Assembly: GCA_037447605.1 (NCBI GenBank)
Contig: CM074805.1
Coordinates: 1,645,361 to 1,709,360 of the forward strand
Direction of reading: 5' to 3'
From: Zygnema circumcarinatum SAG 698-1b
Taxonomy: Eukaryota > Plantae > Zygnematophyceae
Length of the DNA: 64,000 nucleotides
Shown: piece after piece, positions 24,801-36,100 of the stretch
Numbering within the stretch: position 1 is the stretch's first letter
Layout: each line of letters opens with the position of its first letter
Made by a program: the position numbers and the translations under genes
Notes under the pieces: model-generated
Told to the model about the DNA's origin: nothing
What the model saw: only the letters and a program-made list of their open reading frames with translations
Database searches by the model: none

Positions 24801-27800
24801 ACCAAACATCTTGTCCTTCCTCATCGAAAAAATCTTCGTCCAGGCCCGTACCAATGAAGATATTCATTATGGCATAGCTTATGTTCACCACTGGTTGAAT
24901 ACGTCTAAAAATTCCCCAGTAAAGCTATTTCGCTTCCGTGAGTCGGAACAGCAACTCACAGCATGCCGATTCTACTTAAACTGCTTCACTCCAGCTAGAC
25001 CCACACCCCAAGGGATAGTACCACACCTCCCCCCACCGCCCCCCCACACCCCAATTCTCTAACCTGTCATTGGCGTGCGCAACTGATAGCTCATCATCGC
25101 CAGGAAATGCGACTTTGCTTTGTCCGCCTCCTCCACCACATTGCGCGCATCATGCTCTGCAGTGACGTCATCAAACATCCACACTCGGCCGTGCGTTACC
25201 TTCCCGGTGACGGGGTACGAGCGCAGCCGTAACACGCACCGGGGCTCCTGCAGCTCGAGGACGGCTTCCAGACTCTCCTGAGGGTTCAGGGCAACTGCTT
25301 CAAACCACCTGCAAGGGCACAGAGAAGGGTAATGTGTCCGAATGGTTCAGGCATTCTAAAGGAGTTTTCTTTCGTATCTGAGTCATTGGATTCGGCTGAC
25401 TCCAGCAGAGGGGATTCAGGTCGTCACATATTCTAAGTCCGTCTATGATACCCTATTTGCAAACTAAAGAACTTCGATACTCGTGTTTGTTAGTGGACTC
25501 TACGATCGATGCTCACTGAGAACGGAACAGAGAAGCCTGCAATGTAGAGGAACTACTGGCATCTGCTCGACAATTGGCTGCAGAAAAAGACTTAGGACAG
25601 CCAATAAACTCGATCGATGTGTTCATGTCCTTTCTAAAGCATTCTCTCACGTTCTTTCTCAATTGAAGCAGGCAGGCGATCACTCAAAAGCGGAAACTGT
25701 TTAAGGAAAAACGACTCCTTTGTATATCACTCACCTGTATATCTCCTCTTTTGAATTGCTCCGTTCTGCCAGCCAGTGCATCGCTTCTGCCACCTGTACG
25801 GGTTCCACCTCTCCAGCCCTGCATTCACACCCCCGCCACGAAATCATGGATACCACATGCGTCACGTGCGCAAACACAGAGACATCTGAGAAGTGCTTGC
25901 ATCCTCAGAGAGATGCGACAGGCCTTCATTTCACCAGATTCAAGAGGCAGCTCAAATTAACCCCCCTTCCCCTCCCTGTAGCGAAGTGAAAAGGCAGGCA
26001 GTTGCATACCCAGGCAGGTCTAGTAACTCTGCTGCTGCAGGGTTGATGAGGCAGGGGGCGAGCCCGTCATCCACAAAGATGACAGCTTGCGGCATTCGGG
26101 TGAGAATTGCATCAAAGCGCCGCCCCATCCTCTCGCCGCAGAGGGCTCGCACACGGTTGGCGAGGAGGAGAGGGAGGGCTTGAGCTGCATCTGCCATGAT
26201 CTCTTCCGCTTGCTCAGGCACGTTTGCGGGGTTGACCCACAACGAGTAACAAAGGCCTTCACACCTGTAAGACACTTTGACACGCATTGGTTCAGATTTG
26301 AAGGTAGCAGGGCTCACTAGTCTTCGTTGGACTTTTCTTCTACATGCGCTAGTCTTATGGAGAAGATGGAAACGGAACAGGATAAGACAGCTCATGTATG
26401 TTTTCTGCTGAGGGCGAAGATGAATGAGGGAAAATAAGAACTTTTGTGGACAGTTCGGCTGGAGGAGGTTGACAGCGATCACCAGGCGGTCTGTGGCATT
26501 AAAAGAGCAGCTAGCATGAATTGGATAATATTCAAACGTCGTTATTTCAATGGGCAACATCATCTGCAGCCTTAACCCAGTCTGTGAGATGTCAATGTCA
26601 TTAGAAGCTTACCCCTCCACATCAAAAGTGGTTGCCAAGTAGCGCCTTGGACGCTGACCCAATGCCGCTGCAAGAACACTTGGCAAAAGGATTCCCTCCG
26701 TATCCACCACCTGCCAAATAGAGCCATTCATGAGTTGAAACCATGCAAGCCTGAAGGCATTGAAAATCTGCAAGGATACAGGGGCTGAATCACCTTTACG
26801 CATCAATGTATAAATCACACATAGTCTACTGAATTAGAGAGAAGATGGCACGAGAGAAAGTTCTACCTTTCCTTTAGCTGCATTCAAAATTGCCTTGCTC
26901 AAACGAACAGGTAATGTTATGAGACCCGGCGGTTCACAAAGCACGGTCTCTGATACCCTGGACGGAGTCTGAATTATGGCTGCTATGGTCACGTCGGCCT
27001 GTAAAGCTCGCGCTATTATTCCAAGAACGGACTGTGGGAGGTGAAAATGCGCGTGAGCTAACTGATCCTCTTCCGTCGCATCATTCGGAACTTCCAAAAG
27101 CCCCAAGGCCCCCCTGTGCTGGGTGCCAAGGAGAGAGGCTGCAACTCCGTCTGCTGATGCCCCTCGAGATGGGGACTGACTTGGAGACGATGCATAAGAT
27201 GAACTGATGCTTCCAGCAGGAGATTTGGAGGCCCTTCCCATGCTCCCGTCCTCATGGTTACTAAGACCTAGAATCCCTGCTGCTGCACCATAATAAGCAT
27301 GCGGTATTGGATGCCGTGTAGGAGAGGCAGAGGGGGAGAGCAGGGGTGACCCCCCAGATGAACCGCCAAGAACTCTGGAAGGACTACTTCCAGAACCATA
27401 AGGAGGGGCAGTAGCCACACCCTGCAGTCCTGAAGCAGCCCCGGCAGAGTATGACCTCGTAGGGGCCATCCAGTCTCTCGCAGGTGAAGCATCTGGAGAA
27501 TCAGAAAAGTCGCCAGATCCGAAGCTCAAGTGTAGATGTGAATATCTTGTCGAACTGGGAGCAGATTTGGGGTTTGAATACTCTCTCAAGCCTCCCATTG
27601 TCATTGTCCGGCCTGCAAGCTGTGAGCCGTACTGATTCCATCTTGCGCTCCCATAAGGTGCGTGGCTAGGGATGCCTCCCGGAGGAGACATTTCCGGTGT
27701 TAATCCTCGAACCCCGCCATCCTGTGCCTGTGAACCACTAGAATACGCGGGTGAAACTCTTCCAGAGGAATACATTACACCTGGCAATACGGCATCTCCA

Positions 27801-29071
27801 AGAACTGCAGCCGCAGTTCCAGTGTATCTGTTGACAGTTGTGCTGCCTGTAGGCCTTGAATCTGTTGATGCTGGATGAAAAGCTGCCACACCGTTACCCA
27901 AACCCATCAATGCTGCAGCTGCTCCTTCATGCCTCGCACTTCCTGCTCGCGTCCCATCGCTCCCATCCTCGTGCCCATTTCCCATGCCAAGTGCCGCCCC
28001 TGCATGTCCAGCACTACTTCTGTCCAAAGCCTTTTCCGACAAGATTGATGCCTCCTGCACCTCCGGCGAATGTCTCCCACCCAGTGCAGCTGCTGCACCC
28101 TCTTGTCGACCGCCATGATCCACTCCATGAACGGTAACAAGTCCAAGGGCTGCTGCAGCAGCGCCGGCATGAGGGGTGAACCGTGAACTTGGAATTCGGC
28201 CAAGAGATGCAGCAGCAGCACCTTCATACCCCCCTTGGCCCCTCCTCCCGCTAGTAGGAGAGTCAAGCCTCAGTGCAGATGCTGCCGCCCCAACATGCCC
28301 TTCCCCAGCCCCCCAAGGGCCCCTCGAGTCCCGTGATGGTTCAAGGTTCAGCACTGCTGCAGCCGTCCCCCTGTGAGAAGTCTTGCCGAAACCACCAGGT
28401 GAACTTGCTGGCGAAGAAAAATGGCTGCTAACAGGAGAATCGGCAATAGGATTGATATTTCCCACCAACTGCCCAGTGGCATAACCAGCACCAATTACTT
28501 GCGCTGCTGTTCCGGCTACCCGAGAAGGGAAGTCTCCATTTGGTATTCCAAGTGTACCAGCAGTGGCATGGTTCTTCTGTACAGTACCATTAGGCATCCA
28601 AAATGCCGGAGGAGGCGTCCATCCATTATATGGAATCGCGGATGATTTCCCCTGTAAACTTCGCCGAGAGGAGGTCTCAAAACTGTCTTCTCTGCTCAGT
28701 CTAGCTTCATGCCTGCCACTTGCTGTTCTGATAACGACTTCCTTTGCTCCCACAACATCCACTAGCCCACCACCATCTGCCCTGCTGTTCCTTTCTGCAG
28801 ACTTGTCTAATGAACCGGAGTCGTGGCCATGGGCATGAGGCCAACTGTCAACTGCCCCACTTGATGCCGGCATTACTGCGTAAGGTGACAGCTGCTCCGT
28901 GGAAGCAGGCGGCATCAACAGAAGCAATCGCTCTTGTATGCTTTCGGGTTCCCCAAGTAACCGCCTTCTCTTCGAAGCGTGAACGCCCCCGTCAATTCCC
29001 AAGCCTTTACAAATCTTAGCGTCACCCACTTCGGCACCTTCCAGCGTGGAGGCTTTCGCCTCACAGCTCAC
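21805..29071 (-). CDS. Hybrid histidine-kinase-like protein: long low-complexity N-terminus, GAF-like, PAS-like, HisKA (His to Tyr), HATPase_c, receiver domain
   Basis: Exons: 26834-29071 ORF (745 aa low complexity); [11 protein letters not shown]... (about 26620-26770); PAS-like [31 protein letters not shown] (26010-26264); 25735-25818; [17 protein letters not shown] (25064-25308); GVLGMLDLL...[11 protein letters not shown] (from 24497); GDPNRLRQ; [48 protein letters not shown]; [26 protein letters not shown]; TAG at 21805-21807. First in-frame ATG is at 28915; true start unresolved. Confidence 0.85.
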
Positions 29072-29434
29072 AAGTGCAGCCAGACCTTTTGAAGTCTTCC
29101 AAAAGGTTGTTTCCCTACTCGTACAAATTTGTAAAATTTCCTTTGCGTAATGTTATTGTACGAAATTAAGCATGGAGAGGGTTTTTCGCAGTTATCTACT
29201 GACAAGGGGATAAGGTCGAAGGGGAGAAATACTGAGTTAGCTAATTCCGTGCCAAATCTCTAACTACTATCAATGAACTGTTTCCAGCCACTTCACAGCA
29301 GGTTCCTACAAGCTCACCCAGTTAGCGAATCGATGTCTCTGTGATCAGCACCAACATATTCTAAGAGGCCAAAACTAACATGGCACTAACCAAAGTATCT
29401 GTACTCCCTTCTATCTTCTACTAATTCTACAGCA

Positions 29435-31383
29435 TTACAAATCGTGAAAAAGATGACGCTTGAGGACAGGGATCACTATTTCTGGAGACGAGAGCTGTGG
29501 AAGATGTCCATGTGTTGGAAATATTTCGACAATACTCTTGCCTCCAAGAGACTGGTGTAGATAATCTGCAACTACTACAGGTACTGCAAGGTCCTTCGAA
29601 CTTTGTAAAATATGACAAGGGACCGATACCTGAAAATCAAACAAGGGAAATGGTGTTAACGCCATCATTACAAGAATCAGCACAATGACAACGAAACACA
29701 TATGCATCCATAGACACGCCCATAATGGGATTTTTCCATTCCTCCTATCAAGTTCCTCCTTCCAATACTCGTGCAACTTGCCACCTTGATACAGAGCCAT
29801 CTAGATTTGAATCCTCTATCAATGACAACTGTCATTCAGCCAACACAATACAAGTTTTAACATTCCATACGATACCATTCGAAACTTCACATGGCCTTTG
29901 ACAAGGTTTGCCATGCAAACTGAAACACGACTCGTCTAATTCAAGAAAAGGTTTTACCACAATTCAGGAAGCTCAACACAGCTGAAGCTTACGTGTGGAA
30001 GGACTTTGCGCAGATCAGACTGAAAGATGGTTTTTGCAACGCTTAACGCGATATCAGGACGAATACTAAAGAAAGTTCTCCCAAATTCCTGAACAGCATG
30101 TGATTCGATGTCAGCTCCAACAGCTAATGGGGCGAATCCTGAGACCCACGCCTTGAAATTCGATGACATTGCTTGAAACAGCTGGTTGAGATCCTCCTGA
30201 TCAAACCCACCATAATAGTCCTTGTCATTCAAATACCTGCAAGCAGCATAGTAGCCCAGAAGACTGTAAGCATGTGCATGTCAATGCAAGTCTCCCCCTC
30301 AATTTCACAGTTTGATGAAATTCGTATGTGGCTGGTGACAGATATCCCGTGAGCTTATGTTCCTAGTGCCTAAATCGACTGTCTGTGGATTCATGTCCTT
30401 ACCATGTGTGAAGGGTTTTACTGAAGAACTGGTGTCATAAGGGAAACAGACTAGTCAATCGAATTGAAGAGACCAATGAGACACCCTCATTTCACGTGGC
30501 GTTCTTTCCACGTTCTTTTCTTTCACGGCACGAGCAAGCAATGAACGATTCAGGCATCCTCTGCAAACTGACGAGCTGTATACAACGTCCTGAGCAACGG
30601 GACTACAAAAAACTGTGTTCCTGTCTCCAACACTGGAAAGGTTGGTATGGTGTGGTTTCAGATATAAGTAATGGATTACAATCTACTGCGTCCCTCCAAA
30701 TTTTAAATGCCTAGGCATACCACGTGAATTTCTAACGCGTCCTAACATCGAAAGCATTTGGGTTAAAACAATAGGCTGTTTAGGAACATGCCTAGAGTAA
30801 TGGACAGATTACTTTGTCGTCACATTTTCCTGCTCAGGCAACGGTTTGCTCTTTTCTAATCCTGAGAGAGCTGAACTCCTCTACGACCAGGTCGGGAAAA
30901 AGTCCTCATTTCATGATTTTGCATTGTTATAAGGACACTGAGGACGGAAGGTCACTACGAAATTCCAAACGTAAGGTATATTTGCCTGTTTAAGTGTAGG
31001 CAAAAGTCCAGGCATTACCTTGGGGATGCAGAGATTGTGATGATCTTGCTGAAAATTGTCGGGCGTTTTATGGACGCGATGTAACCAATCATTCCCGAAA
31101 CAGAGTGCCCCACATAGATGCAACTCGTAATGCCCAGCTCATCCAGGATGGCCAGAAGGTCTTCAACGTAGGCATAGAGATTTGAATATCGGGGAAAGGA
31201 AAACTTATCTGGGTCAGTGCTGCCAGCCCCAGCTAAGTCAAAGGTAACGAGTTTGTAATCATCGATCAGGTGAGGGATGACATATTGCCAAACCGATTGG
31301 TCAGTTCCAAAGCCGTGCCCGAGTACAACTATCTGCTCACTTGATCCTTGAACACGAGTATTATGGGTCTCCAACAAAGACAT
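29435..31383 (-). CDS. KAI2: KAI2/D14-family alpha/beta hydrolase (KAI2-type), 3 exons, 267 aa
   Basis: Exons 31019-31383, 29993-30236 and 29435-29629 total 804 nt. Motifs [20 protein letters not shown] (Ser nucleophile), SASPRY (KAI2-type Tyr), [38 protein letters not shown] (Asp), GHLPQLSSP (His). Intron 1 falls at the SPR/Y position recalled for plant KAI2/D14. Confidence 0.95.
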
Positions 31384-32468
31384 TCTCTTTCAGAAAAGCC
31401 TTTAACTCCAGTTGCCGGCACCTTCTGTGAGAAACGAACTGTTCAATGGGGCACTCCCCTAACATAGGTCACGTGTTCATACGCCTACTAGATATATAAA
31501 CAGTGGTTGTTCACGCAGGCGATTTTTAAAACCACGGACAATTGGCTCCTGCGAGTCGTACGTCCCCAGGAGCTTGTCAGACTAAAGGCCCTCAGTCTGG
31601 CGTGCCTTTCAAGCACATAAACCTCCAGCAACAAAACGGGAAACTGTCTGTCAATGACCCGGCATTCCGCGCACGTTCAACTTGCAGGTCCACATTTTCT
31701 TTGCAAAGAGATGGCTAGCACCACTATGAAGAAGTTGAAAAGTTCAGGAGAAAAGCTCTTCAAATAAGGGGACACAGGAGCAAGGAAATAACAGGGTCAA
31801 AATTCCATGCCGGCGCATGCCTGTCCCCTAATCTGAACAGAGGCTTATACCTTCAGTTCACTAGACCTAGTCCTGCAGCTTCCACACCAGTCTGCAGAAG
31901 CGTGTCAAAACCTGTAGAAAGGGGCTCACATGGTCCTCCTTCGTTGGTGCCTTCGCCCTCCATCAGCAGCACTCGCCCAGACGCTTCCTTCCTCGTGGTT
32001 CCAAGCCTCCCGTGCAGCGCCTCCCCGCTCCTCTCTGCCTCTCTTCCTCCCTCTCCCTCTCCCTCCGTCCCTCCCTCCCTTCCCGTCGCCGTACGCTGCC
32101 AGCACAGCCCTAACGCGCCGCCCTCCCCTCCCCCCCAGCTCCGCAAAACGAGGGGGATCCACCGACCAGCCCTCCCTTCCCAGCTCAAAGTTCAACCGAG
32201 CGGCCCGCTGAGCCGTTGACTCTGGATCCACCTCTTGAACCCGCGCTCCCCGGAATGGCCGCCCGCGTCGCCCGTGGCGCGCGGCCCGCCGTCCGATCCG
32301 CCGCCCCCGGACCGTATCGCGATATATCGCTGTGGCGCACCGTTGGGTCCAACAACTTCCGGCGGCGGGCCTTGAAGGCGCGCACGTGGAGCCGGGCCGC
32401 ACATGCGGAGGGGCGAGGCCCGGAGGGAGGGAGGGGGCCACTCGGGGCGACTTTGCGACTTGTGGAAG

Positions 32469-32503
32469 GCGGGAGGGAGGGAGGGAGGGAGGGAGGGAGG
32501 GAG
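32469..32503 (+). repeat. (GGGA)n microsatellite
   Basis: Direct reading. Confidence 0.85.
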
Positions 32504-33107
32504 GGCGAAGGAAAGATAGGGGAGATGTATGTGGCATGGGTCTCACGAAGGCAATGATGCCATCAAATGGACATGGACAAAATCATCATGGGGAACCACG
32601 AGGAACTGGTCGCAAAGAATCCAAAGGGTGGGGCTCTGGCTGCAGGCCGAACACGCGGGCGGGCGGGCGGCCGCAGACAGGCCAGACAGAAGCAGCCAAC
32701 ACTCCCGAGGCCGCCGGGACGCGGCTGGCTGCGCCCGTACAAACTGGAAATTTTCGTACAAAACTGGAGCTTACCGTACAAACTGGACTTTGCTGAGTTC
32801 TGTAGCGCGGTTCGATGCACAACTGCGCGCAGTAACGTCGTACAGAGTGTTCGCTGTGACGCATTTCGCGCGGCATTGCGCGCCAACGGACCGTTGTGCA
32901 TTGTCCTAGGACAGGGCGTGGCTGCATGGGGGAGGGAGGGACACCGCCAGAGGCGCGGACCACAAGCAGAGGCACACATGCTCTCAGCCAAAAACAATGC
33001 TTTCTGTACCCGCCGACTCTTCACTCTTCGAGTCTTCGTGATTGATTGCAAAAAGCTGGCACATACAGTGACTAAATCGCTCTACAGGAAATTCAAGTTC
33101 ATAGCCT

Positions 33108-36100
33108 TCAGGCATCCGTCAAAAGCACGGCGTTCAGCAGAATTTTCACAGCGCGTTCGCCGAGGGCACTGTCCTCCAGTCTCCAACTGCACTTTAATTT
33201 CCACGTGTGGCCCCTGCTTTCCTCTGCAGCCTTCCCTACATTTTCAGCCGTTGGCATACGTGGATATGTTACGTCCACATCCAAAGCTGAGTTCCTTTCT
33301 GGGATAAGTTCCGCATGGAACGACCCCGCTACAATGCAATCGCGTCTCCTTACCAGCACGCCCCTCCCCAGCCATCTCTCTAATTCCGCAAACATGGAAT
33401 GTAGCAACTTCCTGCTGTCTAAGGCATCCCTTTTCTTCCCCATCCCAATCTCAGAGGCCCGCGTTCCGTCTGACATGGCATGTACATCATCGTCATCATC
33501 ATCATCGCCCTCCGGCCCCTTCACCTGCTCATCAGCCTCCACATTCTCTCCAACTTGTCCAACCTGTTGACTTCTCTGGCTTTTCTCACCTTCAGTCAGC
33601 TGCTTCTCTCTGTCGTCCCTGTTCCCACGGTGCTCTCCAAGAAGGCCGTGCTCACCTTCATGTGCCCCCACAGCAGCTACTGGCCCCTCTCCCTCCCTCG
33701 ACTCAGCAGTTCTCACCGTTACATCATGCTCCTCCGTCTCACTGGTCTCGTCTACTGGAATCTTTTCCAAGTCCAAATCGAATCGTGCCGTCTTTTGAAG
33801 GAGGATCTGCCTTGCTCCGTCTCCACCGCCTTTCTCTCTACCGGGAGCCCCTGCATTTGGTCGCTCACTTTCAACCATTTCCCTCCCATCTCTACCCGAC
33901 AGAGCTGCCTCTCCCTTCAGCCCTGGCTCAAAACCTAATGCCTCCTCCTCGCTTCTGCACATTCTAAACTCTCCTGGCCGTTCTTCACGAATACGGTATG
34001 TACAAGTGAATGTGACTCGCTGTTCTCTGAGGCCCAGCACCTCAGAAACTTCACTTGCGTCGAGCAACCGAGGCTTCAGCAGCTCCATTCCCACAAGTAT
34101 GCCCTCTACAGGGATGCCCTTCCGCGGACGGGGCCAGTTTCCAATGGACCCAAGAAGCCCAGTATCACCGTACATCCTAGCCCTCCCTTCACCTTCATCC
34201 TCAAAAAGAGGATCTATGCCTTCATCCTCCAGTTTCCTGCCAAGCCCAACACTGTCTTTTGTCTGTTCTCTGCCTCGTCGCTTACCAACAACTCCTGACT
34301 GCGCGCTTGTGATTTTCGTGCTTTCAAACGGCGCCACTTGGCGTTTGATGAGACAAGGAGAGAGCTCGACTTTCTTGACCCACTTGACCGGAACTGTGAC
34401 CGTGGCATGATTCGGCGGGTCAAAGCAGGGGATGTCCAGGTCCTTCGCAATTTTTTCTCGAAGAATGGCCATTTTTGGCTTCTCACCATGCACCAGCATG
34501 ACATGCTTTGGTGCTAGATGTCGAATAAGGTCCATGATTCCCTTTGAATCAGTATGGGCTGAAACTGAAAGCTGGTGGACCTGCAACCACAGCGCGATTG
34601 TCAAGGCAATCGTAAGTAAAGCTTTAAAGCCTTTCCAAAAAGAGACAGCTAACCCTTCCCATGCCTTGCATCCTATCTAGCTTAACCATAATCCGAACTC
34701 AGTTCTACCCCTCCCTAACATACTATTAGAACAAGAAAAAAAATCCTAGGCCTACGCCCTAACTGCAACTGCATCCCAAGCCCTGAGCCTAATGCTAACC
34801 TCAACTTTAGTCCTAGCCCTACCACTACAACACTTGAACTCATTCAACTGTAGCCTAGGTCCAACACTAATCGTCACTTGATACCTCTACCCCGACTCAA
34901 GTAGTCATCCAAATTCTAACCCGAACCCCGACGCTAATAAAATCCTAATGCTAAGCCTGTTCTCCAAACGCTACCCTAGCATGATAGAGCCTTATCCAAG
35001 CCCGAACACAAACCCTACTGCTGTCTTCAATTCTGAGTATGCTGTGACGCCCACCTGACACTGCACATCGACATGGCTTCGTTTGTCAAGGTCCACCCGG
35101 TTCTTTCTGCCAGCTTGCAACCGGCTTCCCACTGTTCCGCCAATGCAGTACCTGTGAGAACGATTTGCACACAGACATGGATCCATGGTAAATCCTGAGT
35201 ATAAAGCATTTAGGCCTACCTATACTCTCAACCCTTCCTTAAAGACCACAAGTGATACGAGTCAATCATGGACAAAAGAGAAAAGCTAGAGAATCATGGA
35301 AAATACAGGACCCTTTCAAATACCACAGCGCGTATTCACTTTTGAACCAGCAATCTGCTACGACTCTTGAGTTTTAGTCCATCGTTTTTCGCTGCCTCGA
35401 AGATGACCGGCATACGTCAGCAAGAAACGCGCTTACAACAAAGTTAGCAAATTGATACATACCCTGGCAAAATGATCATATTTTTGTCTGATGGCGCCCA
35501 TTTCTTGAAAACTTCCAACGACAGGCCACCAGTTAGCATGCCGGGAGTGGCGAAAAGGACACATGGTCCGGGCGCATCAATCTGCGAACGATCAAATGGA
35601 GACACTTTGGGATGGAGGAGGGCACCCCAACCATATCCATCTCAGATTTTGAATGAAGATTCAACTTTCTTTTGCCAAAGCTCAAAAGTGTGTAAAGTGC
35701 ACGGATACAGTTCAAGTACGCCAAAAGGGCGCCTAATTTGAGTGGCCCAGTCATAAGGCATTTGGGACTGCCTTGAACCAAAGTTCAAGATTAATGGGGA
35801 AAGTAATGCCTATAAAGCATCAATGTATTGTCAAACTAAAAACATTGCGTGGTTAATGAATGCATTAGTTCTGTTCGGATTGTAGCAAATATGGTTAAAG
35901 TAGACAGCCATTGCATTTTCTTGCAACTTATTGCTCTGATTTTATAAGTACTAGGCCCCGCGAAGCCTCACATTCTGCTGACAACATAAACAGGCAGCAA
36001 ATGACGAAATGCTCTGAATGAGAATGAGAGTAGAGTGAATCAGGCGACACGAGGGAAGGGGGAACATCACAACTCCACGCTTACTCGCTATAGGGTTCAC

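Noticed and set aside
25086-25088. U-to-C RNA editing restoring His (TAT to CAT)
   Set aside because: Such editing is organellar, not nuclear, and the adjacent Glu to Gln and Asn to Met changes would remain.
29150-29440. In-frame KAI2-HK fusion via a TT/GTAATG donor at the KAI2 stop
   Set aside because: The strong acceptor at 29199 gives immediate stops. The only in-frame acceptor is a weak GAG with no pyrimidine tract. Unsupported without cDNA.
33205-34410. Plus-strand ORFs of 100-150 aa
   Set aside because: They are antisense shadows of the INTS11 last exon; the same applies to ORFs opposite the HK long exon (27484-29019).
34700-34990. Degenerate CCCTAA-like runs (also TTTAGGG-like at about 40900-40960) as interstitial telomere
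   Set aside because: Too degenerate; no tandem run of perfect units.
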